DNA of 64,000 nt from Dimorphilus gyrociliatus (taxonomy: Eukaryota; Animalia; Annelida). A program made the position numbers and the translations under genes. Shown here piece by piece: positions 48,862-63,400 of the stretch. The stretch is taken from NCBI GenBank assembly GCA_904063045.1, contig CAJFCJ010000015.1, positions 682,001-746,000 of the forward strand, read 5' to 3'. Under the pieces are notes generated by a model, which saw only the letters and a list, made by a program, of their open reading frames with translations, did no database searches and was not told where the DNA came from. How positions within the stretch are numbered: position 1 is the first letter of the stretch; each line of letters opens with the position of its first letter.

Positions 48862-51800
48862 TTCATTCTTCTCTCTTTCCACTAATACTCGCTTGGTTAC
48901 TATACCATACTATCTTTCTATTTTATTTTCTTCCTCTCGCTTTATACGTTAAGGCGGCAAACTGGGGGAAGCTTAACGATTAATTGATTTCAGACGTAAT
49001 ATCTCGCTATATCGATTTACAGTTTTGAGCTAAAGGCAGATGAATCTCTTCTTCTTTTGTTATTAATATTAATATTATTTTTGTTACTTTATAATTCGTT
49101 CAAAGTGTAAGAAGAAACGGAAAAAGTACTCAGTAAAACGTATATCATCGTATTTCGGTAGCTCATCCATCATTCGCCTCTTAACGCAACCTTTTCATGT
49201 TCCTTTACTAAATATTCGGTCTATTCGCTACTTTTTAAATAATGTATACATATATAATATACAGTAATATTAATATACAGCAAAATGCAGTATAAATATA
49301 TATGCAATTAATATTATAGTTATGGTGGTAACTAATGGATTGTCCATTTTAAGAGGATATATTATTATTAGAAGACATCTGTCGTTCTTTGTTTCGTTTC
49401 TTTCTGCATCTTCGTTTCATTCAAGAAAAAAACCTCCTACAAACATTCTTTTCCATATTTTTTTCAGAGCAAAGATAATCCAAATAAACTCGTCAACAGT
49501 CGAACTAAAAATCGACAGCTTCGAACGTGCCGATCATGGAACTTACGGTTGCTGGCTTCGATCGTCTCCCTCAGTAAAAGGCGTCCAAATTGCGGTTGTA
49601 TTTAAAGGTAAGAATACTGCTTACTTTTATGACAGACGTTTCCGTTGACGTCTCACTAATTATAGTGTAAACTATTAGGAAGCGTTATTAATTGTATGTA
49701 TAAATACAGGCGTTACATGTTTACAGTTTATATATACGTATTAGGATTCCTTACACACTCTATAATTTTTTGTTGACTTTGATCTATATAGTCTTCATTA
49801 TCTTTAACGTTATCTGTTTATAAATAATCTAGGAAAGGTAATAAGTAAAGTTCTCATTTATTCATTACAGAAATAACCCGAGTTTGGGAGGAGACAGAGC
49901 GCATCACAGTAAAAGAGAAAGATCTTGTTTCTTTACTATGTAGAGTTGCTCCCCGTTCCGCTACCGACGACATCTTGTGGACATTTAACAATAAAACTAT
50001 TGGTAAGAATAAAAGATTGTTGCGTTCAATATATTGTATATTTACACAGTTGTAATAATAGCTAATTAAATATTCATTTCTCTTCCCGTACACTCTCATT
50101 TTCTTCTCTCCTCCTTCAAATAGATTCAAAGAGGATGGTGTTTCGGAAAATGAACAACAGCCTAACAATATTTAAAATATCAGCTGATTATCATGGTATA
50201 TTCACTTGTCGCTACAAGTCTCGTTTGCATAAAGCTATGAGGATTTCGGAGTTTGACGTTAGAGTTTTCAGTAAGGACAATGTCTATACTATAAAAAAGT
50301 ATAACTAATTAACATTTCATTCTAATAGGTCCGGCTAGAATAGATTATATAACACCTCATATGATTATTATAGAAAATGAGCCAGTGGAGATATTTTGCA
50401 ATGTTACTGGTTATCCAAAACCAACAATTATATGGAGAAGAGTGAGTATTGTTTATTTAAGCATAGACAAACTGTATTTAAGCATTATAATTTAGTGGGT
50501 TTAGTATAATTTGATTTGGAACGATTTATGGACGGCATACTTCCTCTTTTGTTCATTTCGCAACTCTTATAAACAACATTATACCATCCTGGATAATGAT
50601 AGCCCAATCTTCTTGTCTTCTCTAGTTGCTCGCACTTTGCTTTCCACTTGTTCACATCCTCCTCTAATTCCTTTATACGATGACGTTCACTTAACAGCAA
50701 CTTTTGTAGTCCTTCAGCATTTCGACGCCTCTGTTCATTTAGTGTTTTTAAATATTTTTCATTCCTTAATTTCTCCTCTAATTGCCTGTTTAAATAGGTT
50801 AACCTTGTTTAAAATAGATTCATTAAACTCTATTATCGGTATTATGTTAGAATTGTATCTCTCTCCAGAGGTGTAATTTAATATAATTTACCTGTCAGCA
50901 TCTATTTTAAACGATTTCAATTGAGATTGAAAAGAAAGAGCAGCCTCATTGGAAACTCTAGCCTGACTGTCTTTCTTATCTGCAGCTGTCTTTGCTCTTT
51001 CGAGAGCCTCGGCAACGTACATATCAAGTTTAGTGACACCTTTGTTTAAGTCCAGTAATTCAATTATACGTTTTCTTTCGTCCAAATAGTTTTCATTATC
51101 GAATAAGATCCTAGAAATAGATTTCAGGAGGATATCAACCTGACATTCTAGCTTGTCAAGATTGTTGTCGGTAGTTGATGAATCAGGATTAAGGGGACGT
51201 TGCGTGTCATGCGCCTCGTTATTTATCCTATTCTTTTGTATCTGCGTGTTATTTTTTAATACTTTGATGAATTAGTCATTCATTAGAGACAGAGTGAAAA
51301 AGGTTTAGATGGAATGTATATCTTTTTTTACCCTTAAATATATATCGATTTTTTCCGTTAATTCATTTATTTTTGTTGAATCTTTCCATCTTTCATTCCT
51401 TAAATCGTCCAATTGTTGTCGTAGAGACCTTATCGATATTGACCAAGCCTCTTTCGTCGATTGATGACGTTCAGCAATGATCGCTTCGATTCCCTTTTTA
51501 TCTCTCTCCGATACTCTTCTACTACTGCCAAACTCTTTGTGAACATCCGACGCAGCTTCCCGCATAACGTAGTCTTCAACTAATATTTCGCCTTTTTGTG
51601 ATAGAACATAGGCTTTTATTTCATCGGCAAGCCAATCTTGCTTCTCATCGATTAATAATTGACATATTTTGTCAAAAACATTCGTTTCTTCCAAAGTCGT
51701 CAGATACTCGAACCATTTTGACAGCCTACCCCTTTCCGTTTTGTTATGTTGCTATAGATCGCGTGGGGGATAGCGCAAGTTATCAAACGATTAAATCATT

Positions 51801-54800
51801 TAACCTATTCACCTACCGAAATATGATAGTCAATATCCTTAGTTAGTAAGCCCTTAGCAATGTAGATTTTTCGTTTTTCTTCCGTAAAAGAGAGGACATT
51901 CATCAATAACGGACGTTTCTTTCTCAAAGCGGATTTTTCGTGCTTATCCATGACGTGACGCCTTTTAAATAATAATCCGCTTAAACAACTTAGTTATACA
52001 TATGTGGGCAAATAAAAAAATAATCAGACCATAAAGTTTGATGACTTATGAAATTTTTAATAAATCGTCATGCTTATAGGCAGTTAGTCGATGACTTCGT
52101 TATTAAGATTTAACGAGCGAATCGACGCATTTACATTATCTATTTCCTTTTGCAAAGAATAAAAAACATTTCAATCTCTATCTCAATATTTTTTCCACGG
52201 TTTCTAATTAATATCAGTGCAACGAGGTCGACGTTGCATGACTAAACTGCAAACCGCTCTAATCGATTAGAACATTCTTTCTCCTATTTTAAAACGATCC
52301 TATCGTTCTACTCTATTCCTTCCTTTTTAACGCTGTTTTTTTGTTTCCTTTGTATATATTTATTTATTTATCATCTCTCCTAATCCACCTGTATTTGGAC
52401 AGTGAACGATCTATATAAAAAGAGTCGAGTAGTCTCTTCCGTAGCAGTTCAATGAGCTCTTAGAGACGATCAACATCTGTTTAATCCTCCTATATCTCTC
52501 ATACTTACTTATTAAAATTAAATGTTCTAAGCATCAATTTCATAAAGAATAGATTGAAGATTTTATCTCATTCCGTTCGCAGTTTCTAGCTAATTCTTGC
52601 ATAATTTAATATATTTTATTACATCAGTTCATTAGTTATAATATCATGTTCCAGCGTTTCTCTTAATAGCATAGGTTATTCAGGTACACGAAGACTATTA
52701 CTTAGGGTTAAATAGGCGTAAAAATTGTTAAATAGTTTAAAAATTGAATATTTATAGATTATTTCTCTATCAAACTGTAAAAAAAAAACAGGTTACTAAG
52801 GTGGATCATGCTACATATGATATGGAAGTTCGGTCTGATAAAGGACTGATACGTATTGAAGCTATAAGTCGCAACGATGCAGGACTTTATATCTGCAATG
52901 CAAAGAATGAATATAATACAAGGAGGGAGGAGAGAAAAGTTAACGTTACAGTATTAAGTTCGTACTAGGTTGCAATATACGAATTGCCACTTTTAATATC
53001 CGGTTTGATTTTCTTTTACTAGTTCCACCAATGGTAAACATGAAAAAAAGCATTGTTACAATTGAAAAAAAATCCTTTGATATTTCCTGCGACGCCAGCG
53101 GGGATCCTGATCCCCATGTAGTATGGGAGATGCCAGATGGACGAAAATTACCAGTTAAATCTCCTGGGGAAAAGACAACGGTATTTAATAATAACGATAA
53201 TTATTTAATAACAATTTAAAACCATTAATTATTATAGAGCGGTCGCTTTGCTGTTCAATCTAATCGCTTCAGCATATCGCAATTACATATAGAGGATGTT
53301 AGAAAGGAAGATGCCGGAAATTACTCATGCACTGCCACCAATTCGGGAGGATCGAAGAAAAATTACACCACAGTTATTGTAGAATGTAAGTTAAAAAAAA
53401 AAGAAAGATAAGGCAAAAAAAGGCAAAAGAAAAGCCTTTAAGGGGGAAAAAATGTAATAAAATAAATTTCTTTCCTAAAATAGATGAACCGAAAATCCTT
53501 GGGGGATTCCCTGAATCTCAAATAGCCTGGCCTAAGACAAGAAAAAATTTTACATGCTTAGCTAGGGGTAAACCATCTCCAAAGATTTTCTGGCAGAAAA
53601 ATGGTTTTGATATAATAGATAATAGTACATTTACTATGGTTAAAAAGTTAGAGAAGAATGACGTTGTTAAAAGTACTTTATTTGTAAGCGTTAAAGACCA
53701 AGCTCGTTGGTATTATGGAAGTTTTACGTGTTTTGCCAAAAATACTCATAATAAGGTTAAAAAGACATTTGTACTTACTGGAGCTGATTTTCCACCCAAG
53801 CCCAAAAGGGTTTTGGTTCAAAGATCACGAAAAAGTGGATGTATTAAATTTATTGTCGAAGTTGCATACGAGAGCATAGAAGATTTAAGGATTTTCGCTA
53901 TCCAAGTAGAGTATAAAGATTCAAGTAAATATGGAAAAAGACAAACAAAGACTTACCAAGTTAATAAGAAAGAAAATAGTGAGTTTCCTTCCTTTCGACT
54001 TCCCCTCTTGTCCAATTTATTTCATTTAAAACTCAAAATATACCTTCTTTCCTAATAGAACATGAAATCAGAGTCTGCGGACTAAAGTCAATAATAGCAG
54101 CTGGAACACGACACAATTTCTACTTACTTACTGAAAATGTAGTTGGTGTTAGTAAACCTAAGAAAGTCAAATTTTCACCAACCAACAACATTCCGGGAGA
54201 TTCACCGGAAACAGGCTTAAGAAATGACGAAGTTCCTGAAGGTAATGACGATAATGCAGGTTACAAAGCAAAGTATCCACGTGGAGGAGCTAGCTCTGAA
54301 GATGACAACTCTAGTAATTCTAGAGATAATAGTGGCCTTATTAGGTTAGAAATCGTTGAAATTAGTATCATATTATTCTATAATTTTTTGTTTGTTTGCA
54401 GTTATGTTGCAGGAGCTTGTGTCTCATTTTTCCTGGTTGCTGTCACCCTCATCGCCGTAATAGTCTACCGTCGTAAATCAAAAAGCAGGTCAACTTACGT
54501 AAGTGATGTGACATTCTATCTGACTTTTGTGATTCGAAACTTATCTTTTCACCTATTTGTAACAGAATCGAAGAAGACAGGATGAAAAAGGATCTGAAGA
54601 ACTCATGTTAACCGTCCGTCGAAAGGATAGTCCATTGCCCGACGTTGTGAGAGCGAAAGAGTCAGCCGCTAATTCACCGGTTCCTAAAAGGGAGCCTGAA
54701 ACTCCGGTTCCGTCTAGAGCCGAGAGAGCCTGGCAAGCTATGCTTATGTCCCGCCAACAAAGAGATTCAGCAATCTCAAAAGAGCTCGGATCACCATCTG

Positions 54801-54985
54801 TTGGAGCGGAATTTCCACCGCCACCCGACTATGTTCTGGTAGAAAATCCTTATGGGACAGCATCCAGAAGGCAACCAATAAATCGCATAGATCCAGTCGA
54901 TATAAGTTACAATGCAGTTCTCGAAGGGTATTTATCAGATGACACGCTCAGCGAAGATCCTTATTCGATTAAACGACGCGTTTAA
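45128..54985 (+). CDS. Ig-superfamily cell adhesion molecule (5 Ig + FN3-like + TM), NCAM/fasciclin II-like architecture
   Basis: A signal-peptide exon (45128-45191, phase 1) joins the exon at 46570 (LKCTII). Ig motifs include DHGTYGC, LLCRV...ILW, IFCNVTGYPKPTIIW, DAGLYIC.AKN, ISCDASGDPDP.VVW, EDAGNYSCTATN and YEPKI...FTCLARGKPSPKIFW. The TM reads VAGACVSFFLVAVTLIAVIVY, followed by a tyrosine-containing tail. Stop at 54985. Confidence 0.85.
48824..48855. repeat. (CT)n microsatellite in an Ig-CAM intron
   Basis: Direct reading. Confidence 0.95.
50485..51951 (-). CDS. CARD-like domain + coiled-coil protein, nested antisense in an Ig-CAM intron
   Basis: Spliced N-terminus: MDKHEKSALRKKRPLLMNVL...IAKGLLTKD...|QHNKTERGRLSKWFEYLTTL...FDKICQLLIDEKQDWLADEIK. 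This follows the CARD helix pattern (LRK.R..L; GLLT; T...R...L; F...L....WLA..I). Heptad-rich exons follow, to TAA at 50485-50487. Confidence 0.7.
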
Positions 54986-55774
54986 AAGACAAACAAATCT
55001 GACAAGGCTAAATGAAGACTGCCATATATATCACTATCGCTAAGCCTTTTTAACTGACAATCTAGGTGTACGTATTTATTCAATCTAACTCATAAAACTT
55101 TATTCTTTCGTCCTTTTACCGCTTTTTAATAGCCCTTTTTTGCTGACATATGATACTCAACGTATTATTTTTGACAAACAAAAAAAAACTATTTTTGTTT
55201 GCATCATATCATCAATATATGCATTTTATCTAATCGTTTTATTTTGTCAAAATATAGACGTGTATCTCTATTCAAAATGCATGAACAGAAATTTTTACTA
55301 ATGTCTATAAACAGAAAAAGTGCTAATTTTATCAATGAAACTTTTAAAGATTCTTACTTCTTTTTTTCTTTTTTTACAAAGAAACAAACAACCTTTTACT
55401 GTTTTATGATTAAGAAACTATCTATGTAAAATAAGGAAAAAAATGACAAGAAGAGAAGGAAAATACAACTTTCTTTTCTCTCTTTTTTTCTCTTTTTAGT
55501 GTTTAGCGTAAAGTAAAAAAATTAAAAAGATAAAAAAAAAAAGAAACTTGCTCCAAATCAAAAAAAGAAAAACTAAAAGTTTCGGACTTTAGCAAAAATT
55601 GGAAAGAATTGTATAAATGTCAATAAAAATACAAGATTTGTACGTTTGTTAATGAATTATATTTGTCTTTTCTATTTTTTTTTTAATGAATCATATTCAA
55701 ACGAAGATTTCTTTTTTTCAACTTCTGATTAATGTATATAATTAATATTAAAGTAAGTTTCTTCAAGAAAAAAT

Positions 55775-57193
55775 TTAGAGTTTTTCAATAACTATGGCTG
55801 AGGCACCACCACCTCCGTTACAAATTCCAGCGACACCCTTCTGACCAGGTGATAATTGTTGAGCAAGAGATGCTGTAATTCTAGCTCCTGACATTCCAAT
55901 TGGGTGTCCAATACTAACGGCTCCGCCGTGGATATTAACCTTGGACATATCCAAATTCATCATTTTTGCATTCGCTATGACAACTGCGGCGAAAGCTTCA
56001 TTCACTTCGAATGAGGCAATATCTTCAACTTTAAGGTTGGCCATTTCGAGTGCTGGAGGAACTGCAAAAGCCGGAGCTATTGGGAAGTCAATAGGTTTCG
56101 TTGCGGCGTCGGTAAATGATAAGATTTTAGCTATAGGTTTCAAATTTCTTTTAGCCGCTTCTTCGGCTGTCATTAACACTAAAGCACACGCTCCATCATT
56201 AAGAGTACTGGCATTTCCAGCTGTTACAGTTCCGTTTTCCCTTTTGAAAACTGCTTTGAGTTGGGATATTTTATCAAAGTTTACTCTTAAAGGTTCTTCA
56301 TCTTTTTCAACAATAGTTTCTCCCTTTCTCGTTTTGATAGTCACCGGTACAATCTCTTTAGCAAAGATTCCATTCTCCATACTTGCTTGGCTTTTTTTAT
56401 AACTTCTAATTGCATATTCATCTTGTTCTTCTCGGGTAATGCCCATTTGTGTAACTGTATTCTCGGCGCAAACGCCCATATGACAGTTGTCGTAGGCGTC
56501 AGTCAGACCGTCGAATACAATTCCGTCATTGACCGTTATACCACCATAGGGTGTTGCTCCACGTGCCATATAATAAGGTACATTAGACATACTCTCCATA
56601 CCACCAGCTATCATTACTTTTCTATGTCCTAACATTAGGGATTGAGCTGCCATCATTATCGCTTTCATACCAGAAGCACATACTTTGTTAATTGTTGTGC
56701 AAGGAGTTGTGTCCGAACATTTGGCTCCCAATGCAGCTTGTCTCGTAGGGGCTTGTTTAGCACGAGCTTGAATCACTTGGCCCATGTAAACTTCTTCAAT
56801 ATCTGTTGCTTGTATTCCGGCGCGATCAATTGCTCCTTTTATGGCGACGGTCCCAAGTTCAGGGGCGGTCATGGACGAGAGGGAACTTTGGAAACATCCA
56901 ATTGGTGTTCTTGCCGCACTGACAATAACCACTTCCTTTGGCACATTTGTAGAAGCATATCGCTTTAAAATATTGAGAAGTCCCTGAAATTTGGAAACGT
57001 GTTACGTAAGCAGCAAATCACCCCAGTAATTGACCGGAAAAATATTTTCTTCTTCAGAAAATACGGTAGAAAATTTTAATTTATATTAAAAAGTACTATC
57101 CGAAATGCATAATAAGACTGAGTCACTCATGCAGTAGTTACGAGTCAATCTTACCTTGTTCTTCAAAAAGATTTGGCTTTTAATTCCAGCCAT
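55775..57193 (-). CDS. ACAT1: Mitochondrial acetyl-CoA acetyltransferase (thiolase); exons 57193-57155 and 56983-55775
   Basis: Presequence [13 protein letters not shown]|[11 protein letters not shown]. Thiolase motifs: [47 protein letters not shown] and [11 protein letters not shown]. Confidence 0.95.
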
Positions 57194-57636
57194 ATTAATC
57201 GCCCTTAACCTTTCTTCAAAGTGAACGTAACAACTGGTAATAAATTTTCTGCTGGTATTACTAAATACTGGATTTCATAAAAATTATCAAAAACACATCA
57301 TACAACTTATTAAGCATAATCACTTTTATCAAATTGAATAGAAACTTGGTATTAACACGAACGATATATAAAAAATTCAATAATTTCTCAAATCGTACAA
57401 AAGTATATTGTAATTCGTTTTTTCGAATTTAGAAAATATTTATAATAGAAACTTAAAGAAAGAGTGAGTGTTTGTTATTTTTCAAATATACATAAGTTCA
57501 TATAAACATCTTAACATGTTAGGTTACTTATTCATATATAGTTTAACTTAACGAAAAACTATAAATCTATCACCTTTTACTTTTATTTACAAATATAAAT
57601 AGGACCAGTTGATTATATTTTTTATTTTACAGTTTT

Positions 57637-59884
57637 CTACTTTCTCCGCTTTTTATTTGAACTGGAACTCTGCAAAGTATCGGTGGAAAGAGTCTCAGAT
57701 CGTCGTTTTCTACTGGTAGATGGTGTTGATGTAGTTACACCGGAGGAATGTTTTTCGAAATTGTTCAATATCTAAATTTAGTTGAAAAGTTACATTCTGA
57801 CAAAAGAAACTTTTAAAAAATATTTAATAACTTACTTCAATGACATCAGTCATCATTGATCCGGCCATATCAAAGACTTGTTCGTCTTCTGTATTGAACA
57901 TTCTTGCATTGGCTAGCATTAAGAGAACGTCTCTTCGAAGTTCATTGTGATTTTTTATTAGTCCATTTTCAATGTTCTTGCGAATGGTACTTAGGTCCAT
58001 AGGTTTGAAGATTAATTTTGAATAACCGGGTACTTGCGTGTCAGTCACGGGTTTCATGAACGGATTGGCATATTTATGTTGAGAAATCTCCCTGTACATT
58101 AGCATAGCTGTCTTCCTCCAAACTCTTTGCTCTCTCTCAGCTTCGGTGTCTGAATCGGCTGTTACAGGACTAGGCGGTATTGACTCTTGTGAATCAGATG
58201 CAGTGGAGTCCTTTCGAAAATCTCGTATTCGAGAACTTCTTCTCTTTGTTTTTTTATTATTGACTGACTTGGCGGGTTGAGGTGTAGTGGGTGTTTTTGG
58301 ACTGACAACTTCGATGATCTTATCCTCTCCTTCTTTAACTTCTTCTTTAATCTCTTTTGGTGGTTCGATAACGTCAACACTTTCTTCTGGTTGCTGTTCG
58401 TTACTTTTAACTGATTGAGGCTTGGTGAAAATTTCATCGTCCTCTAGTGACTTTTCTTCTTTTTCGTTGATAATATTTTTAATAATTCTACGGGAAGCTT
58501 CGCCAGTGGATGATTCTGTAGCATTTTCGAGGACATCAGGCTCCTTTTCCGTTTCTTCTTCCTGCTTTATCGTATTATTTGTTGGCGCTTCTGTAACCTC
58601 AATATCACTAGTTGGGGATTCAATCTTTTCGTTTGAAACTGTAGGAGTATCCTGTTTTGTTTCATTATTCAATTCAGACTCTACAGTGCTAACATCAACA
58701 ATTGTCATTTCATTGTCAACAGCTTCTTCAATTGTTTCTTCTGTGCAGATAATCTTTTTCTCCTCAAGCGTTCCTATTATGCTTGGTTCGATCTTTATAT
58801 CAGCGACATCTTTCTCTTCGGTAGCAGGAAGTGAGACAGAAGCTTTTCTCTTATCTTCCTCCTCTTGTTGCTTAATAACAGCAAGAGCATCTTCAAGATC
58901 TAAGTTTGGTGAATCAGTCTCATCTGCATCAGTAGCTTTCTTCCAAATAAGTTTGAAGGAGTTCTTTACGTATATTAATTCATCATCTCCCTTCGGCGTA
59001 ATACTTACCCTATTAATTTCTTTTAGCGGAAGCCATGGTGTTTTTGTTGAATCAACAACATTGCTCTCCATAACTTTTAACAAATCCCACATATCAACGG
59101 CAACAGGCGGTCGAGAACATGATTTAAAGTCAACTTCCCTACCTAATGTGACAAACTTATTTCCATCAACGAGCTGGCACCAAATGTTTCCGGGTGGACA
59201 AACATTTTTATCCAAGGCTAATTGAGTTTCTTCCTTTGTCGCTTTAGGTAGGACAAACGTGCATCCTTGATCATCAAAATTCCAAATAACTTTACATCTC
59301 TCGTCGTCTAATTTATAGCCAAGTTCTTGTAGAATTTCCACTTGGCAAAGAAAATCAGTTTCAGGATTCCTTTCAAAGTCATCCCTATCACAGGCTTCTA
59401 AGTCTGCTTCAATTTGATCATAAACTTCGTGATACTTGGGAATCAATCCCTTTAATTGTTCAATTCTATCAATAGTTAATTTTTGTACAATTTGGTCCAC
59501 AATACTTTTATCTTGACCGTTACTAGCGGTTAAAGCATTTGAACTGGCAGGAGCTTCAAAGTTTTTTTCTATCCTCTTCCTCTTTGTATCGAATTGTTCC
59601 AAAAGTCGATTATACATAGCAGCACAAGTTTTTGTATTAAAGAAATCATCTTTCCGATACTTTTCAGCTAAAGGTTTACATATTCGAACTACCGCCGGCC
59701 AATTTTGGTCTCCGTGTTTTTGAACAGCAGAGGCTACAGCTAGCTTCTCTTTTATTGTCCACTGATCCAGGGGATCATTAGATTCAGGCGTGAACTTTCC
59801 AGCAATAAGATCGAGAAAATATTTCCTTAGTTGACAACCGCTTTTTCGGCGTTTTGATGCATCAGGCGCTGCGGGTTCCGCCAT
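57637..59884 (-). CDS. BRD8: Bromodomain-containing protein 8 (NuA4/TIP60 subunit)
   Basis: N-terminal W...EKL.VASAV..HGDQNW..V.R.CKP. C-terminal bromodomain WRKTAMLMYREISQHKYANPFMKPVTD..VPGY...I.KPMDLSTI.KNIENG...NARMFN. A short last exon at about 57637-57771 ends KKRRK*. Confidence 0.9.
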
Positions 59885-60485
59885 TTTTTATTTTAGCTAG
59901 CGGGTTAACTAAATCATGGAAGTGGATGGTTATAAAGTTGTTTATATCGAATTGAGAGTAACTTTATTTACCTTTGCCAAATTAATTTTCGTGTAAAGCC
60001 CTTGAAAATAGTATTAACACAGTTCTTAAAATTTATTACAACTTTTGAACAGTTTATATTATATTATTCATGAAGAGTCATATGCTTATTCCTCTGAAAT
60101 ATAACCCTAAATGGTTTTAAAAAAAAATCAGATATAACTTGATTAAAATACAAAATCAAGTATGTTTAATTTTTTACCCTTTATAACATTTATATTAACT
60201 TCAAAAACAAAGTTTATTTTTCTAAAACTCAACTTTGAATATCAAAATTTTAAATTATATGTTTAAGTCACTTTGATTACTTAACTATAAATGTTTAAAA
60301 TGAACTTCTTATAGTACTAATAAATCCTTAAGAATAAAAAATTTATACCTAGCCATTACAGTACTTTCAGTTGAATAAATTCCAACTGAATTTAAACACA
60401 CCCAACTTTTGGCGAAATATTCCGTACAAATAAAAGCACATGTACTTTTTGGACTAAATATTCATTTTTATTTAAATAATTAAAA

Positions 60486-63400
60486 ATGAGTATAAAAGAC
60501 CCATCACTTAGGAATTTAACTTCCTCTAAATTTGCCAGTCTTGGCAAACATCAAAACAAAGTATGTCTAGTCTAACATACTCTATTCATTTATTTAATAA
60601 ACTTACAAGCGATAATATGGTATTTTCAGCGAATACAAGATCTTATAAAGCCTCATTTAGAATCTTTCAATTTTATGTACGAATATGGATTAAATGAAGC
60701 TGTACAAGTAAGAACTCTAATTTTTACAAAATAAAAAATTTTGATAAATTTTACCATGTTTCAGGCTATACCCCCTGTACAATGGACGTTACCAAATAAT
60801 AAAAGGATTTCTCTTTATGCCACTGTAGGCTTTATACAAAACTGTCATGAAATTTTAATGTTAATGTGTACATATATATTCAATTATACAGGCAGCTTCT
60901 TTATCTAAACCAATAAATCCCACTAGCAATGTAAAAGATCGTAGAGTGTATCCATCCCACTGTAGAATGGCAGGGAAAACCTACAAAGGAAAGTTGTCTA
61001 TTCACATAGCATGGGAAGTTGATGGCGAGAAATTTGGTCCGGAAGAAAAAATTATAGGTGAAATTCCTCTAATGGTCAAGGTATATTTACTCTCTACTTA
61101 TATATTGGCCGGAATATTTTACAATTATGTTTTAATTCCAGTCGAAAGCTTGTCACTTGTATGGACTCTCTCCAAAAGAGCTTGTTGAGAGAGGTGAAGA
61201 AGCAGAGGTAAATAATAATTAGTTTACTTAATATTTAACATAAGCAAAGTGCTTAATATAAATGTATTATATTTTATTACATCTATTACATTTCTATTTT
61301 AGGAATTGGGTGGATATTTTATATCATCGGGAAATGAAAAGTTTATGCGTATGTTAATTATGCCTAGAAGAAATTACGTAAGTTATTTAACGAGTTTTTT
61401 GTTAATAATAAGTAAGAGGGAAACAATATATATAATTTCTTTAGCCAATGGCCATATCTAGACCCAGTTATAAGAAAAGAGGAGCATTTTATAGTCAATA
61501 TGGTATACACGTTAGGAGCACTAGACAAAATGAAAATGTCTCTGTAAGTGAAATATTGCCTTTATTTATGTTTCAATTGAAAGAAAAAACAGCTAATTTT
61601 CGTAATTAAATAGGACTTAACACTACATTATTTAACGAACGGAACTGTTGTTTGCTGTTTAATATTCAGTAAAGAACAGTTCTTTATTCCAGTGATGTAT
61701 ATATTAAAAGTAAGTAAAAATTTAATTGTTTAATAGTATATAAATTCAGTAAATTCTTAATAATCTTTTAATTTCTTTAGGCATTAATTGATCGTCCGGA
61801 TCAATGGATTTATAAACAATTAACTAAAGATATGGAAAACAATGATTACTACAAAGGGTTAATTGAAAAAATTTACTGAAAATAGCTTACATATTTAATA
61901 AGTTTTATCTCATTATTTCCAAATGATAGGAGTATTGCCAACATGATGAGATTACTTCTTCCGGAAAAATTGTTCAGTCAGAAAGATTTTCTAACATATC
62001 TCGGCGAAAAGTTCAGAGTAAAATTCAATCGTTTGCCTGATTGGAAGACTGATTACGAAATTGGAAAATATTTAATAGAGTAAATATAAATAAATAATAC
62101 AAACTGTATTTGATATATTTAATTGTATTATTTTTGTTTATTTAAGCAACGGAGTTCTAGTTCATCTTGATGATTATATGGAAAAATTTAACTTACTTGC
62201 GTTAGTATTATAATCAATTGCTTTATTAAGATTTATACTTCTCCAATTATTATTATTATTAATATTATCGTTTAGGTATATGACGCAAAAACTGTTTCGT
62301 TTCTCAAAGAAAGAATGTACGGAAGAAAGTCCTGATAATCCAATGTTTCAGGAAGTACTATTAGCTGGACAATTATATCAGCGTTTTTTGCAAGAGAAGG
62401 TTGAAAATTGGTTACATACTTTTAAGACGTTTTCTTTGAAGGTAATGAAAAATGCAGAAGAAAATGATACTATGGATTTAAGTAAGATAAATAATTAAAA
62501 GAGAAAACATAATTATACAACATACTGTATATATTTATTTATTTTTCACGTTTTAGATTTCTTTTCTAAAGTGATAAAGATGACGCAACAAATTACAGCA
62601 GCAGCGGAATACCTTATAGCTACGGGTAACCTTAGGTCATTGACTAATATTGGTTTACTTCAGGTTATAAGATTATTATATATTTTATAAATTTTTGGGG
62701 TTAAAAATCTATAAATTATCAAATTTATCTCATATATTATTATATATTCCTTACAGACAACTGGTCTTGTTTTGGTTGCAGATAGATTAAATTTTCAAAG
62801 ATTTTTATCACATTTCCAATCGATACACAGAGGAGCATTTTTTACTGAAATGAGAACCACCGGAGTTAGAAAACTGCTTCCCGAAGCTTGGGGATTTATA
62901 TGCCCTGTTCACACGCCTGACGGCTCTCCTTGCGGTTTACTAAATCATTTAACAGCAAATTGCCAAGTTCTAACGCAAGCTGAAGACGAAGAAGGAATCC
63001 ATTCGGTTTTGTCCTCTTTTGGTATGAGAGATATTGGAGATATCCTACAATTTACCAATCAGAGTTATACTGTTCTATTAAACGGTAAGGTTCTAGGATG
63101 TTTGAAAGATGAAAATGCTGGGGAAGCTGTTACTGCTCTTAGGCGTTTTAAGGTTTTAGGCGAGGAGAATATCCCGTCGTCTTTGGAAATTTGCTTTGTG
63201 AAGAGAACTAATGTGGCCAGCCAATATCCTGGAATATACTTATTTACAACCTCTGCTAGAATGCTTAGACCCGTTAAGAATCTAATAGAAGATGAAATTG
63301 AGCTTATTGGCACTTTCGAACAGGCTTACTTGGATATTTGTATAACTGCTGATGAATTTCACAAAGGTCTAACAACTCATATGGAATTAAGTGAAACGGC

